Source: Thermomicrobiales bacterium (GTDB taxonomy: Bacteria > Chloroflexota > Chloroflexia > Thermomicrobiales > UBA6265). From it: 64,000 nucleotides of DNA. Under the pieces are notes generated by a model that worked only from the letters and a program-made list of their open reading frames with translations, was not told the DNA's origin and searched no databases. Numbering within the stretch: position 1 is the stretch's first letter; each line of letters opens with the position of its first letter. The DNA lies in contig JAWKPF010000004.1 in NCBI GenBank assembly GCA_041390825.1, forward strand, positions 129,088-193,087, written 5' to 3'. Of the stretch, positions 62,473 to 64,000 are shown piece after piece. The translations under genes were made by a program, and so were the position numbers.

Positions 62473-64000
62473 GTGACGCTCCGAATCTTGGAGACAGGAG
62501 GATACGACGGGCCAAGTCTTTGGCATGACCGGCCCGTCGTGTGGGGGATTGTTGCAAGGGCTTCGGCAGAGACGCCGGACATCGATCGTCTGCTGGTGTT
62601 GCATCTCGAGATCGAAGCCCTGGATCGACGTCTGGATCGAACGCGGCTCACCCCGTATTCGTTGCCACCGATTCCTGACCGTGTAGACGCACCGTGGATG
62701 CTTGCCTGGGCGACGGCCGGATTGCAGCGGCTTGCCGGCGACAATGTCTCGTTCTTTGGCGCCCGTGAGCTGGAAGAAGCTGGGACCAGCGAGATCGTGG
62801 TCGAGTGCGGGCACCAACAGACGGGGCTGTTGGCGCTTCGGATCGCGTTGCAGCAGCTGAATGCAAGTGCAGACGCCAACCGAGTGCGAATGGCGCTGGA
62901 ATTGGAGCAGGCGTTTGCGAAACGTCTTGCGCCGGTTTCGGCGTCTCGGCGGCCAACGGCTGGACTGGCGTGTATTTTGGAGGCTGCGCGCACGCGGGAG
63001 ATCCCTATCACGTCGCTCGACCCGCACGGCCTGGTGCGCGAACTGGGACATGGAGTCTACCGGCGGCGGTTGCGCCATACGAGCACATCGAACACGTCCT
63101 ACCTTGGCACGCTCATCGCGCAAGACAAGCATCTCTCATTGCACTATCTGGCAGAGTGTGGGTTGCCGGTGCCCGACACGTTGCTGGCGCGCGATGCCGG
63201 CCAGGCGGTTGCCAACGCGAGGCAGATTGGGTTCCCGGTCGTTGTCAAACCGAACGACGAAGGAAACTCGGCTGGTCTGCATCTGGATTTGCGGAACGAG
63301 GAAGAGGTGCGAGCCGCCTTCGAGGTCACCGCTGGGATCAGCCGGTCGGGAACCGTGGTCGTGCAGCGGTTTCTGACCGAACGGCACTACCGCGTGCTGG
63401 TGGTTGGTGACCGGATTGTCGGGATTGCCGAGCGAATTGCCGCGCACGTGGTGGGCGACGGAGAGCATTCGATCCGGGAGTTGGCGGAGATCGAGAACCG
63501 AAATCCGCGACGAGGAACGCTGATGTCCGACCGGCTCAAGACGATCGCCATCGACGAGACGTCCGAACGAATACTGGTCAAGCAGGGATTTTCGTTGGAC
63601 GACGTGCCACACCCGGGACTCCGGTTGGAATTGCAACGAATCGACGATCTCGAAGCGGGAGGCGAGGCGATCATCCAGACCGGCAAGACGCATCCAGACA
63701 ACGAGGCCATCATCGTTTCGGCTGTGCGGGCCATGGAGCTCGATATCGCTGGGGTCGATCTGGTGGCCACGGATATCGAGGCGTCGATATGGGAAACATC
63801 CGGCGGCATACTCGAAGTCAATCGCGATACTGGGTTCGCGCTCATCCAGTTCCCAACTTCAGAGGGCGCGATCGATCCTGGTCCGGCAGTAATCGAATCG
63901 CTCTTTCCGCCGGGAGCGCCGGTGCGTGTGCCGCTCGTCGCGGTGACGGGTGGGAGTGGAACCGGTGCGGTGACCCGGGCGATCGGGCGGTTGTTGACCG
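62473..64000 (+). CDS. Cyanophycin-synthetase-like enzyme (N domain plus ATP-grasp domain plus start of a Mur-ligase-like domain), 3'-truncated by the window
   Basis: Not in the ORF track because there is no stop in the window. Frame-1 translation from GTG 62473 gives VTLRILETGGYDGPSLW ... FPVVVKPNDEGNS ... HYRVLVVGDRIVGIAERIAAHVVGDGEHSIRELAEIENRNPRRG ... VPLVAVTGGSGTG, colinear with CphA blocks. Confidence 0.75.
   Translation, partial: MTLRILETGGYDGPSLWHDRPVVWGIVARASAETPDIDRLLVLHLEIEALDRRLDRTRLTPYSLPPIPDRVDAPWMLAWATAGLQRLAGDNVSFFGARELEEAGTSEIVVECGHQQTGLLALRIALQQLNASADANRVRMALELEQAFAKRLAPVSASRRPTAGLACILEAARTREIPITSLDPHGLVRELGHGVYRRRLRHTSTSNTSYLGTLIAQDKHLSLHYLAECGLPVPDTLLARDAGQAVANARQIGFPVVVKPNDEGNSAGLHLDLRNEEEVRAAFEVTAGISRSGTVVVQRFLTERHYRVLVVGDRIVGIAERIAAHVVGDGEHSIRELAEIENRNPRRGTLMSDRLKTIAIDETSERILVKQGFSLDDVPHPGLRLELQRIDDLEAGGEAIIQTGKTHPDNEAIIVSAVRAMELDIAGVDLVATDIEASIWETSGGILEVNRDTGFALIQFPTSEGAIDPGPAVIESLFPPGAPVRVPLVAVTGGSGTGAVTRAIGRLLT

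Noticed and set aside
1-64000. Mobile elements, prophage, defence islands, tRNA/rRNA genes
   Set aside because: I recognised no transposase, integrase, recombinase, phage structural, restriction, Cas or other defence signatures in any long ORF. I saw no cloverleaf-like or rRNA-like segments. The only toxin-antitoxin-like trace is the solo MNT gene.

Overview
Visibly GC-rich bacterial chromosomal window with dense coding on both strands. I found no rRNA, tRNA, CRISPR array, transposase or integrase. All product calls rest on motifs I recognise by eye in the supplied translations, since no homology search was possible. The coproporphyrin-type heme operon, the many TAT/Sec exported repeat proteins and the gene style suggest a Chloroflexota/Thermomicrobia-like or other monoderm-type high-GC organism, but that is inference only.

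Content in order:
- livM'-livG-livF transporter tail.
- A lipoprotein cytochrome c.
- A copper acquisition / CuA-assembly island (4.7-12.6 kb): CopC, a CopC-CopD-cytochrome c fusion, PCuAC, Sco1, a TlpA-CcdA fusion, and two His-rich membrane proteins.
- Two tandem paralogous hyper-cysteine repeat proteins that share a conserved twin-arginine leader. A third member lies at 61.3 kb.
- An orphan sugar-binding protein and an orphan MNT-type nucleotidyltransferase.
- A PLP Cys/Met enzyme, two PaiB-like genes, an S9 peptidase, an RsmF-like methyltransferase and an Rdx protein.
- A peptide ABC operon without ATPase genes.
- A PQQ-like beta-propeller protein and a dirigent/AOC-like protein.
- A 1721-aa secreted protein built of 12 Cys-framed Cna-B/SpaA-like repeats.
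- A translationally coupled hemH-C-D-B-E-Y-Q operon.
- Three secreted multi-SH3b proteins.
- An MFS transporter, a GT2 glycosyltransferase, a sulfite-oxidase-like molybdoenzyme, a sugar ABC operon and a ManD/RspA-like dehydratase.
- A 3'-truncated cyanophycin-synthetase-like gene.

The best candidates for something undescribed:
1. The TAT-leader / ABM-like / Cys-repeat protein family next to the copper and thiol-redox genes.
2. The Cys-framed repeat module shared by the giant protein and one SH3b protein.
3. A heptad-periodic (G at every 7th base) spacer sequence found in many intergenic gaps, including inverted pairs inside two ABC operons.
4. A small family of REP-like hairpins with a TACGCGG-like tail.
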